Source: the human T2T-CHM13v2.0 reference genome, Homo sapiens. From it: a DNA stretch of 64,000 bases. Of this stretch, positions 14,858 through 28,027 are shown one piece after another (position 1 is the stretch's first letter; each line of letters begins with the position of its first letter). The notes beneath the pieces were generated by a model that did no database searches, was not told the origin of the DNA, and worked only from the letters and a program-made list of their open reading frames with translations. Location: assembly GCF_009914755.1 (NCBI RefSeq), contig NC_060947.1; one strand, written 5' to 3'. The position numbers and the translations under genes were made by a program.

Positions 14858-17800
14858 TATCAGATATTAAATGTAAAGACAAAATACGTTTATTTTTTTT
14901 CTCACAAACTAGGGGTTTTTGAACATATATAGTTTAAACAGTTCCTGTGTTATACTAATTTAAACAAGTGTCAAACTCTGTTTACTAATTTATAGATTCT
15001 AAACTAATTTATAGAAACTAAAACTAATTTATAGTTGCTCTGTTATACTAATTTATAAAGTATCAAACTATCCAGAAAATGAATGAAAATTCAGTCAATT
15101 ATCCAGATATTTGGCCTAGCAAAAAGGGTGTTTGAGAATGATTTACAAAAATGTTCACTGTTCATTTGGGTGTTATCAGGGCAAAGACATTTACTTATTG
15201 TGAAGCCCAGTGTTAACTCAGCAATCTGGGTTCCTTTATCTTTCTCTTGGTCTCAAGGACTCTCTAATTGAAATTCTCTGTAGTTTGACAAAGGCAGAAG
15301 CTGGAGGATCTTTCTGCCTTTGGCAATTTTAGGAAATCTTTGCCTGTAGGATATGCTAGTGGCTCACATAAAAGAGGATATCTCACATGGGCCCAGTTTG
15401 CTAATTTGAAGGTTTCTCAGCTAAGTCCTGGTAGACAAACCAATGTTTATCTCAAGCCCAGATAGGGTGGTGGTGGGAAGCTGAGAAGGAAGAATGATAG
15501 GCTTATGTGGTACTCTCTAAGACTGGATCGGTGAAAACATTCTCTTCATTCATATTTCAATTGATTGCATTCATAAGAGATAAAAAAGGAAAGGATGGAA
15601 AATATGACCTTATTCAGAGAGATAAGGAATTAACTCTTTAAAAGTTGAGTGATCGATACATCCATAGTAGGCTACAAACAGCTCTAATAACCCAACTGAC
15701 ATGAATATTGCTCAGTATTTCCCTCAACATCAATATTTTCCTTTTGATCAAGTGTCTCCACTGACAAGTCTCATTCCCTATCAGGATCCTTGATTTTCAT
15801 AATTTTTCTTGACTAAAAGTAAAATTTTTCACAGGCACACAAACTTGACCTAGAAAGATAACAAAGTTACAACCCACTGGACAATAGGAAGTGGTAACTG
15901 TTACTTAAGACTAAATTAAATGAGAAATTTATTGAAAAGCTCTAGAAAGAGGTTTTCACTATAGATGAGACACGAGTGCAAAGCTAATCTTTATAAATGG
16001 TACAAATAGAAGCCATACATGTCTTCAGGCTAAAGAACTTCATATTATTAAAGGTATATTCCTGAGTAATTTTTAAAAAAATTTAGTTTGACATTATTCC
16101 CTAGTTTGATCATTGCATTAGGTCAGTAATACAAGTACAAGTTAATTATAACCTGAGGTTACTAACCAAGAAGGAGTCACTTCCTGGATTACACTACCCT
16201 TATTCTCTCTGAAAATATGTTTATTTTCTTCCTCCCTTCCTTGCCTTCATCCTTCCTTCCTTCTTACCTCCCTTCTTTCCTTTCTTTCTTTCCTGGATAG
16301 TATATATTAACAATAAAAGTCGTTTTGAAAATAAAGATTTTTCAGAAATCAGAAATATAAATAGGAGTTTGGAATATTAGCTTTTCTCCATACTACAATA
16401 TTTATTTTATTATTTTGTTCAATACCCTAAGGCTTAAAGCTAGCAAATGAAACAAAAATATTTCAGTTACCATAGTTCTTTTAATGATATAAAAGTACAT
16501 TTGGCTAACTTTTGGACTCATTCAAATTTAGCAGGCTTCGGAATCCACCATTTGATAGAAGAGAAATTTCTTGGTTCCAGGGCATCATTCTTCACCAAAG
16601 TGTACCAAACATGAAGTAGTCAGTATGAGCAAAATTCAATAAAAATTCCACTAATTCAAAATACATAGGCCTAGGAATAAATTATTTTACAATTAACTAA
16701 AACTGGATCGATCTGATTTTTCACCATAAACAATAGAAGATAAATCCAGCAGGGTTATAATATTTGCTTCAAACAATCACAATGAAGAAACAAATATTAG
16801 TGCTTGATATTGGATAAGTGCTCAAATATTTGTTAGAATGAATACGTGAATGAATGAACACATCAGTAAATAAATATATTTGTAAAGTAAAATTTCCTTT
16901 TTAATAAGAAACCATGGTTAGAAGATAAGCTGCTTAAAACAAATATTCAGGAGTTGTTCATTTTTCGCTAAAGTAACATAACACTGGACAAGGCACTGGA
17001 ATGGTTTGTCATCAAGTTTATGTAAGAAGCACATATTTGACCTGTGGATATATTCTTTTTCAAATAGTTATTGTTTGTATCAGTTTTAAAGCATCAGCTT
17101 TTTATAAAGCCAAATACCAACTGTTTTTTTCTGAAAATTAAAAAAAAATGTTCATGATTCTTCTTAGTACCTGATGAGCTTTTAGGATGACAAATATACA
17201 TTATTTCTCCAGTGCATGGAGCCATTAATCCTTCCAGGCTGATTTACATTTGCCAGAGAGAAGTGTATCTCCATACAATTTCAGTGCCTCATTCAGGGTG
17301 GCACGCAACCTTATTCTCATTGTCCCATGTCAGTAAAATAGCATAGATGAGGAACAAGCTATTTTCTGACATGTCTTTTGTTTTGTGTTGGAAAGAGGAG
17401 GAGTGAAGGGGAAAGGGGGAAAAATAGAGAAGTAATATAAATTGAGCTTCCAGCATGTGCCAGTTTGCTAGGGGCTTTTCATTTATGACCTCTCCTAACA
17501 GTTACAACAATCCTGTGAGATGCCCTTCCCTTACAGAGGAGGAGGACCTTAAGACTTTTTAGGTTAAGTGACTCACCCAAGGCCACAGTTAGTAGCAGAA
17601 CTGAGAGGCAAATCCAAATTCATCTGGCTCCAAAGCCTTCCTCTTTGCACTCCATTATACTGTTAATAAATTCCATTCAGCATTCCATGTCCTGGTATTG
17701 GGTCCCACTAGAATGTAAGCTCTTCAAAGCAGCTAACTTGCCTTTTTCGCCCTTGCACCCCTACCTAGCACCTAGCTTGGTGCCTAACACATAATATCTC

Positions 17801-18348
17801 AAAACATAAATGTTGAAGGTATGAATGAGTGAATAAATTAATAAGAAAAAAATACAGATTGTCAGACCTGGAGGGGCTCTAATCCAACCACCTCCTTTTT
17901 TAGATGGGGGAAACCAAGGCCTAGAGAGATTAAGTCACTTGCCTTTGGTTAAACAACTAATTAGTGAAAGATTCAGACTCGATTTTGGGTCTCTTCTGTA
18001 TTCTCCTCTATAACATGCTACTTGTACAAACATTTTCTAAAGCATGTTCATCAACTCTTTGTGGTTTCCTAAGCATTCTGTCCTCTTGATTTAATTTTTT
18101 AATCGCAAGCTATTCCTCCCACATGGAAAGCAATGGAGATTAGGAATACCACTAGCGCACCAGAATGAAAGCTCTGCGAGGACAGGAAATTATGTCTGTT
18201 TTGTTCATTTCAACAGGCTTGGCACTTAGAAGGTGCTCAGTAAATACCTGCTGAATAAATGAATATAATGAATATATATGATTTCCTTTTCAGTGATGAG
18301 CAAATTCTTCACACATAATGATAGCATAGATTATATTAACAAATACTC

Positions 18349-18809
<461 letters not shown>

Positions 18810-18919
18810 TTATAAAGATAAATAATACATACAAAGCACTTAGCATGGTACTTAATATACAATTAACTCTCAATAAATGATAGCTTTCAAGATGAATGTG
18901 ATTTCTTCAAATCAAATAA

Positions 18920-19376
<457 letters not shown>

Positions 19377-19499
19377 TCATAGATTTCTCTAGAATTTTTC
19401 TGGTGCAATTAATGGAGATAGAAGACATAATTAACTTTTATATAAACATATGACAATTATTCCTCAAATATTGCTATATGTAACTTTCAAAAAAGATCA

Positions 19500-19685
<186 letters not shown>

Positions 19686-20285
19686 TTAATTTCCTTATCA
19701 GCATGACAGAAAGGCTCTGCCAGGCTGATTAGAGCAATAAATGACTTTTAAAGACATTCTTGGCTACAAGGCCACAGTTTAGTTTTTTTTTAAAAATCAA
19801 TAAAATGATATTAGAAAAAAAGTTGACTGCCATATAAGGTGCTGTTTCTATCAGAAGGATGATTTAATTCCAACATTCATTTTCTAAGACGTTCCACTTC
19901 CATTTTTCTTATTCAGAATGCTGTTACCTACATTTTCAAAGGTGCTGATTACAAGGTACACTGGAGCACTACATATCTTTTGGTTTCTGAGTGTAATTGG
20001 GTGCATTGATTGTAATTTACAATGCTATTACCCTAGAGATGGTCCGTTTCCATATAGGCTCTGGCTAATGGTTGCAGATCAGAATTGCAGGGTGCTCAGA
20101 ACAGTATAAGCTCTATGAAATTCTCCTGGCAATACAGTCAGAGCAACTCACATCTGCCAGAAGAGGAAGGTTTCTTTGTTATTTGTATATTGTGGCTCCT
20201 GTGAGGGAGAGGGAGCAGGGTGGGGGACAATTCTAGTATATTTTATTATTTATTTGCTTTTGTTTTTGTGCTACATATAATAAGA

Positions 20286-20288
<3 letters not shown>

Positions 20289-20333
<45 letters not shown>

Positions 20334-20372
20334 ACAGAGAGAGAGAGAAAGAGAGAGTGACACAGAGAGAGA
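20289..20372. repeat. (GT)21 followed by a (GA)-rich tract
   Basis: Direct reading. Confidence 0.95.
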
Positions 20373-20892
20373 ATATATTATGTCTGCAATTGTATGTAAA
20401 CACACACACATATACCAGAAAAATTTCAGGTCTGTTATCTCATTTCAGATGTACATGGATACACAAAGTAATATGCCTTAGACTGGAGAGAAGTGGATAT
20501 GTTTAAAAAGAAATATTAAAATATCTATGTAATAGATGTACAGTGGTAAATAAACAAAAATAAAACACACTTTATTTTCTAAAGCAATGTTACTGGTAGA
20601 AAATTAAAGCATCCTTCACATCCAAATGTACCTTATGTCTATACTAAGTTTTTGGAGACTCTATTCAGGGAATTTTCTGGCAGTGGAGTAATTATTCAAT
20701 ATTGTCTCCAGGCTAAGAATGGACTGGCCTGATGTACAGGCCTCTATAGGAACCAGAGGCCTGAATATCATTTGGACACTGGTGGAAGTCCTTAGCCCAG
20801 AAATGCCTTCTGGGAGTTGTTCTCAGATCTGGCCAAATGAGGAAGACTGGTGAAAATATCCTCTTGGACTTAATCCGATTCTTCATTTTATT

Positions 20893-21285
20893 ACTCTATG
20901 GTTTAAGATGGCTTGTCCTTACCAAAACTCATGTGGAGGTGTGGTCCCCAAGGTGGCAGTGTTGGGAGGTGGTGCCTTTTAGAGGTGAAAATGGACTTAT
21001 GTCTGCCTTGCAAGCCTGGGTTGGTTCTCCAGGGATTGGATTAGTTACCAGGAGAGCGGTTGTTATAAAGTGAGACTGCCTTTCATATTTGTCCTTTTCA
21101 CTTGTGCTCAGTTCCCTTTCCTTTTCTCCACCATGTTTTCACACAGTATGAGGCCTTCTAAATGAAGGCCTCACAAGATGAGGCCGCCTAATCTTGAACT
21201 TCCCAGCCTAATAAATAAACCTCTTTTCTTGATAAATCATCCAGTCTTAGGAATTCTGTTACAGCAACATAAAACAAACTAGGAC
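20893..21285 (+). mobile_element. MaLR LTR (MSTC/MSTD-like)
   Basis: ctatggttt ... ccaaaactcatgt ... aataaacctcttttct ... ctgttacagcaac ... ctaggaca. Confidence 0.75.
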
Positions 21286-22117
21286 AATTACCATAAAACT
21301 CTTCATTTCAACTAATGATTTAAGAGGCGGGGGAGGGAGAGAAAGGGCTCTCAGCATAGATTCACAAAGGCTTGGGTCACTGCAAAGCCAAGGTGATGGA
21401 CAGAACAACTCAAGAAAGGTTGTTGGGACATATTTAACTTCTGATACCCACAAGTCACTTCCTGTTATGCCTGTACCCCCTACCCCACAGCCTACCCCTG
21501 GTGTCTGAGCACCATCAATCTCCAAAAAGAAGAGGCTCAATACAGAGCTCTGAAAATAAAAGTCAACATTATAGTTCCTCACAGAGGAAAAAGATGGGTT
21601 CAATTAACAGCTAATAGGAGAGATGTTCTGTTTTACAAGGTAATAATACAGTTCCCAAGAGTGGAAGCTGAAAGAGTAAAGGCTGAGTCTAAGTAATTCC
21701 CCCCACTCCATAAGGAAATGGAATATGGCCATTAGTCTACGGGAAACAATGGCCCTCTCTTAAAGGAAAGAGTTTCCCTTAGGCCTCTCCCTACCTCCAA
21801 ACCCCCTCTCACTAACACCACACATGGCAAGAAAAATTGAACCCATGCAAGGCCTTCCATTTTGATTTCCATAGAAGTTAAAAAAAAAACCAAAAAACAA
21901 ACAAAAAAAAAACCACCCTGAACTTCTCCCAACCCTTGCAGTTTTCTTGGTGGATCATAAAGATTATTGACAATTTGAAGAAGATCAAGATGAGGTTCGA
22001 TCTAAATGTCAAGAGCATGAGGGGCTGCAATAAACATAAGACCTCCCACTTTAGTATAGAAAGATATTACCTGGAAGGGTCAAGATAAAAGTCTAAGAAA
22101 ACCACAAAGAATGTGAA

Positions 22118-22398
22118 TATATTAGTCTGTTCTCACATCACTATGAAGAAATACCCGACTGGGTAATTTATAAAGAAAAGCCAGCTCTGCATGGCTGGGG
22201 AGGCCTCAGGAAACTCACAATTATGGCAGAAGTGGAAGCAAACGTGTCCTTCTTCACATGGTGGCAGGAAGGAGAAAAATGAGTGCCAAGCAAAGGGGGA
22301 AGCCCCTTATGAATCCATCGGATCTTGTGAGAACTAATTTACTATCATGAGAACAGGATGGGGGAACCACCTCCATGATTCAATTATCTCCACCTGGT
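22118..22398 (-). mobile_element. THE1-type MaLR LTR, 5'-truncated
   Basis: tattagtctgttctcac ... ggggaggcctcaggaaactcacaat ... ccatgattcaattatctccacctgg. Confidence 0.85.
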
Positions 22399-22570
22399 TG
22401 GGGAATGATAGCTAAAGGGTACAGAGTTTCTTCCTGAAGTGATGAAAATGTTCCAAAATCTACTGTGATGATGGTTGCATAACTCTGTGGATATACTAAG
22501 AACAATTGAATTATACACTTTAAATGGATAGATTGTATGGTATGTGGATTAAATCTCAATAAAGCTGTTA
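22399..22570 (+). mobile_element. Old L1M 3'-end fragment
   Basis: gggtacagagtttctt ... gatgaaaatgttcc ... tctcaataaagctgtt. Confidence 0.75.
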
Positions 22571-24539
22571 CCCCTGCCCCTAAAAAGAAAGGGTAGAGAA
22601 GAGGTGAGAAATATGTCTTAGAGAAAGAGAGGGTTCTCTAGTATGGGGAGGGACGCCCCTTGGAAGAATGAAAACAGACAGGGAGGAGAGTTGGGAACAG
22701 CCAGGCTGGATGCAAATAAAATAAACACATAGGTGGTGAGGGAAGAAAAGAGAAATTTGTAAAAGCTGCAGCTTCAGTGCCGCACCAGCTGTAAACAGTT
22801 CAAATATATTTCTTCCTCCATCTTCTAAAATAAAGTATTTTGTTTTCTTTCTCATTGTAAAAGAAATATATGTTCACTATGGAGAATTTAGAAAATAAAG
22901 AAAGATAGAAAGGGAAAAAAATTCATGGTCCCACCAGACACAGATAATCACTGTTAATATTTCAATGTAGTTTGTTCTAGATTTTTCTCTTGAGTAAAGT
23001 TTTACATTTATTTCTTTAAAACCTATTCTTCTTGATAGGCTTGTTCTCTGAGTTCTTTTTGGTTCTTAGTGTGTATTATCTCCATTAGAATCCACTTAGA
23101 ATCCAAGGTAGATTTGACTACAAGAACCTCAGAATTAAATAAATCCTGGTTCTCAACTAATTCCCAGGCCCTGTGGGATGAGACAGGGAGAACAAAGAGT
23201 AGATCTCCAGCACAGTTCTCAAACTGGTCAATATCTTAGAGTCCCAAAGGACAGTGTTACGGTGAAGACCATTCCTTTATGGAAAACCTTCTGAATTACT
23301 GTGAGAAAATACATCTTGGTCTCTAAAAGAAACTGATTATTGAAAATAAGTGCAGACATACTGTTTTCGAGGGTAGGGAAGAAGACTTCAGAAACTGTTG
23401 GAGAGTTAATGAGTTTTTCAAAGGACAGCAACAACAGGTGATAATGTCCTCTGACACTACAGCAGCAGAGTTACAAGAGTAGTTTACCTCCTACCAAGTT
23501 TACTGGGCCTCTCTCATCTCTCCTCTTCTTTGTCTCTTCCTGTCATTCCTTTCTAAACTTGTTCCAGCACAGGAATTAAGCGTATTTTAATCTTTTCTTA
23601 AATAAAGGTTTATATTCCTCTGCTTATAGTTGTAAAAGAGGAGTTGAATATTTCTATTTTTCTCTTTAAAGAAAGACACATGAAACTAAGTGACATGTTA
23701 ATTACCCATGTATGACACAGTCCAGATTTTTTTCCTTTGTGCTAGTAGCCCATGACAGACAACAAAAGAATCTCCACCTATGAACTAAGACAGTCTGCTC
23801 AACTGAATTGTTCCTAGGGGAAAAAAAAGAGGATAGAAAGTTTGGACAATTCGTTGCCTGGGATGGGAAAAACAATGTGATTGAAGGGAATGTTCTTTGA
23901 TTGTAATTCCACTTTATTCTAATACATAAATGTCAAACATAGCATTGACATACAAAAATTCTGATGCCTACAGCTCTCAGTTAGACAAATCCAACATTTG
24001 CTTACGACAGCCTGCTCAGGAAAAAGTCTCTTCATAGAGGTTTCCATTCAATGTGTTAAATGTGGAACTAAAGGATAGGGCCCCTTTGCACGCATGAGCC
24101 ATTTTCAAATATGGCAGCTGGGTGCACGTGATCATCCCTGGAGGGCTTCCATCATCCTGAAGAGGATCATCCCTTCCCTTCTTTGGTTGCAGGGGAGGAG
24201 ATTGCCTTTGCTTTCTTGCAATGATTTGCTTGGGCAGGCATCAAAGCAGCACTAATTGGAAATCACTGCAAGTAAAAACAGCCTTTCATCCCTGACTGCA
24301 GACCTGGAACTTTTTCCTTTATTATTAAGGTTCGTTTTTTTCTCTTCATGTAAAGTAATATGAGCTTATTATTTTTAAAAGTTGGCAATGCAAAAAAGTA
24401 CCTAAACTAAAATAACGAAAATTGGAATGATGTAAGATCATGCCTAATTCTGCTGGAGAGAGCCTTTCACAGTTTAATCCCAAACTAGAGCTTTCTACCA
24501 TTCTAAAGACTTGCCCATACTTTTTCTCATAGTGTTCCC

Positions 24540-24850
24540 TTTGCCCAGAACGCCCTCCTTTCCTTCCTCAATCTGCTGAGCTTGTTTGAACTTATCCTTC
24601 AGGCTGAGCTCAAAAGTTACCTTTTCCAAGAAGTCTTTCTTAATGCTCCAAGGAGAGGGGCTATCTTCCCCATCTGTGACACTGCCACTCTTTTGCACCT
24701 AGCTCTGATTTGGCACTCACCCCCCAATGTATGGAAATTATTCATTTGCATGTCTCCCTCCCTAACTAAGCTAGGTGCTCCTCCATTCCTCAGAGCCTAA
24801 CCCTTACACAATGTGAAGCATAGAGATGGTGTTGACAAATGTTGAAAGAA
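24540..24850. mobile_element. L2 relic
   Basis: tccttcaggctgagctcaaaagttaccttttccaagaagtctttc; ends gttgacaaatgttgaa. Confidence 0.6.
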
Positions 24851-26234
24851 GTAGAGGCCTATTTAGGGCAGAATGACTTGTACCAGATCCAGAACTCGTT
24901 GATTCACTCAGGACATACTTTGTTGTTTTGTTCAGAGTGGGTGGGAGTAGGCATTGATTTTGGACTAGGGGAGCTGAGGTCAGCTTTTGTTCTTTTCTTT
25001 CTAGATCATTTACTAGTGTCACCTGATCCGTTGCCGCTTTAGACCAAGTCAGAGGGGAAGGAGAGGAGGGGGAGCACAGGAAGGAGAAGGCTGGAATATG
25101 TAGATATAATTTCACAAGGGTGGAGGGAACTGTGTGACTTTCTCACAAGTTAGCAGTTGGGCCAGAAGCTTGGTATCTGTAGATGCAAGATGGACTATTC
25201 AACCATAGATTCGGCATTTGAACAATGGAAAAATATTGTTCATGTACTCAACCAAACAGTATATTGTGGCAAGGTAAACAGTATCATAAGGGAAGCAGTG
25301 AAGTAGACATTCGGAAGGGCAAAGAAGGGAGAAGCTGGCAACTGAGATGTGCCAAAAATATGAAAGCTAGAAGGGGCAGTGAAGATCTGATTTCTTCTAT
25401 TCTGATTGTACTAGTTGTGCATCTTGTTCTCCACTCACTGTTTTAAATCTATGACAGATATTTTCAATACTTATCCCTTAAAGGAACACTGAGTCCCACA
25501 CATAGACCACCAGTTGAGTATCAAATCGCCTTGAAATTGAACTAAGCTATTTCTAAGATTAGCTGTGTGTTGCAAACTACCCAGTTGGGGGCAGACAAAA
25601 CAAACAGATGACTTCTGAATACTACCAAAGGAATTCATTGTGTGTTGTTATTTTAATAAGGCAAAGGGCTTTTCAACTCATGATCAGATTCAGACAGCTT
25701 GCTCACAACCTCCACAGACTGAATACTACAATAGGGTTCCTTTGCAATTATCATATTTTTAACCACAGAGGACGGAGCTTGGGCATGGGCATGAGGAGTG
25801 CTAGAGGCACATATATTTTTCTGGACAGTGTGAAATGCTGTGCAGAACATACTGAGAGATTTATAGAGGTACTAACACTGCAAAAACAAACCCTCTTAAT
25901 AACATCAGATTGCAGGGGGCAGTGCATTTAGCAAGAGATTATCTTAATTCCCACTTCTCCTCTCTCCCTAAAAGGGGTTACAATGCCTATTTGAGGGAGT
26001 TAAATAAAATCAGATACTCTCCTGTTGTTTCGTTTTCTTCTTCTGCCAGAGAATTCACAAAGAAAGGCTCCATCTCAGATTCTAATGCTTCAGTTTCAAA
26101 AAAAGTGAGTAACATCATTGGGCAGTCTCGATCTCCTAACACCAAAGAAGCTCTGCCTGACCATCATTTACTCAACTCTACAGGCTTTGTCAGTTTTTCT
26201 TACTATCCTTTCTTTTCCTTGGAGGATGAATCTA

Positions 26235-26316
26235 GGCCACGTGTGGTGGCTCACGAGAATGGCTTTAACCTGGGAGGCATAGGTCACAGTGAGCTGAGAT
26301 CGCGCCACTGCACTCC
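26235..26316 (+). mobile_element. Internally deleted, tail-less Alu fragment
   Basis: First 20 nt of Alu joined directly to right-arm gagaatggc ... gagatcgcgccactgcactcc. Confidence 0.75.
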
Positions 26317-27023
26317 CCCCTCAAGGTCAATAGGAACAACTCATGTCTAGCTATTCTTGAGCCAGTGGCAGGGCTGGCTACATGTGCAGTCTTTTCAGGT
26401 AGGGCACTTCTTCTAGAATTGTATTGGGCTTTTGATCCAATTTCTACCCCTTTATTGTAATCAAAAAAATAGAATGGGGATAGAGGGAACCTGGATCAGG
26501 GGAGAATGGATGAAGAGAATAAGAAACAAACGTGGATTTTGTCCCCTGACTGTTGTTTTAAGAACCAGGAACCAGATCCTTCATTTTATCATTTTTAAAA
26601 GGTGTGTAAAGTGTGCAGTGTCTGTGTATACACATGAATGTGTCTCACCAGCTTCTCTCTGGTGAATTTAACTCTGACTCACTGTTAATAATGGGAAAAG
26701 CTACAAAGCAAGCCAAGGAATCGCGAGACCAGATTGTAAGCAGAAACAATTTTGCTTAATCAATAAAAGATCTTGAATAGGGAAGTCCTTTCCACACATG
26801 TTGCTGTACTAGATATTTATGAACAGTAAATTTACATTTAAATATGCCTTGGATATAATACCATCTTTTTTTAAACATTGACAGATGATAAAATTTAATT
26901 AATCAAGCACTCTACTCAGAAGAACTAAATAACATGTATTTAAGAAGTTTCACTCTAGTGGTTTTTGACCTTAAAATACAATTGTTAATTGTATTGTGGA
27001 ATAAAGAAAAAAGAAACCTCTCA

Positions 27024-27233
<210 letters not shown>

Positions 27234-27732
27234 TCAATTTCTTCCCCCAATTTTAAATAGCAGAACAAAGCTATGACTAGAGTCAAAAAAGGTGATAAGC
27301 TTGTAAGACAAAGAACCACTGGTGGAAAGAAGGCTGGAGACGGGGAATGGGGGCCCCATTCTAAGTACAGCCTATTCAGAGATTTCCTAAGATAAAAAAT
27401 GGCTTTTTTTCTACAGTGAAGTATACATTTGAGAGGACTGTCAACGCAGGCCTCACGCTATTGATACCTTTCAATGGCACTTAGTATTAATATGTATGAA
27501 GAAGTTCACAAAAGGGAATTGCAAAATTTAGGAAGAACTGGTGCAGAAGATGGGGGTTGTGTAGTCAGTTAATAGAAGACCAGCCTCCCAAGCACAGAGT
27601 GCTCCCAATTTCTATGAGTATTTTTTTATAAGACCCAAGATAAGGTACTCTGATAAAAAGTATGATTGCTCATCTGGATTTCCTAAAAATACCCAAGGGA
27701 AGAAGGCAAGTCAACCAATCAGTAGCCAGTGA

Positions 27733-28027
27733 CAGGCAGCTCACACCTGTAATTCCAGCACTTCGGGAGGCTGAGGCAAGAGGATCACTTGTGGCCAGGA
27801 GTTCAAAGCCAGCCTGGGCAACACAGCAAGACCCAGTCTCTGCAAAAAATAAAAAATTAGCCAGGCATGGTGGCGTACACCTGTAGTCCCAGCTACTCAG
27901 GAGGCTGAGGTGGGAGGATCGTTTGAGCCTGGGAGGTCACGGCTGCAGTGAGCCATGATTGTGCCACTGCACTCCAGCCTGAGTGATAGAGGGAGATCCT
28001 GTTTCTAATAAATAAATAAATAAATAA
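27733..28027 (+). mobile_element. AluJ with (taaa)n tail
   Basis: Dimer, agccagtg on both flanks; about 575 nt from the exon 4 acceptor. Confidence 0.9.

Noticed and set aside
14983-15035. ctaatttatag as MEF2 sites
   Set aside because: One base longer than the YTA(W)4TAR consensus on either strand.
25910-26350. 146-aa plus-strand ORF
   Set aside because: Non-ATG start and partly built from the Alu remnant; no homology recognised.
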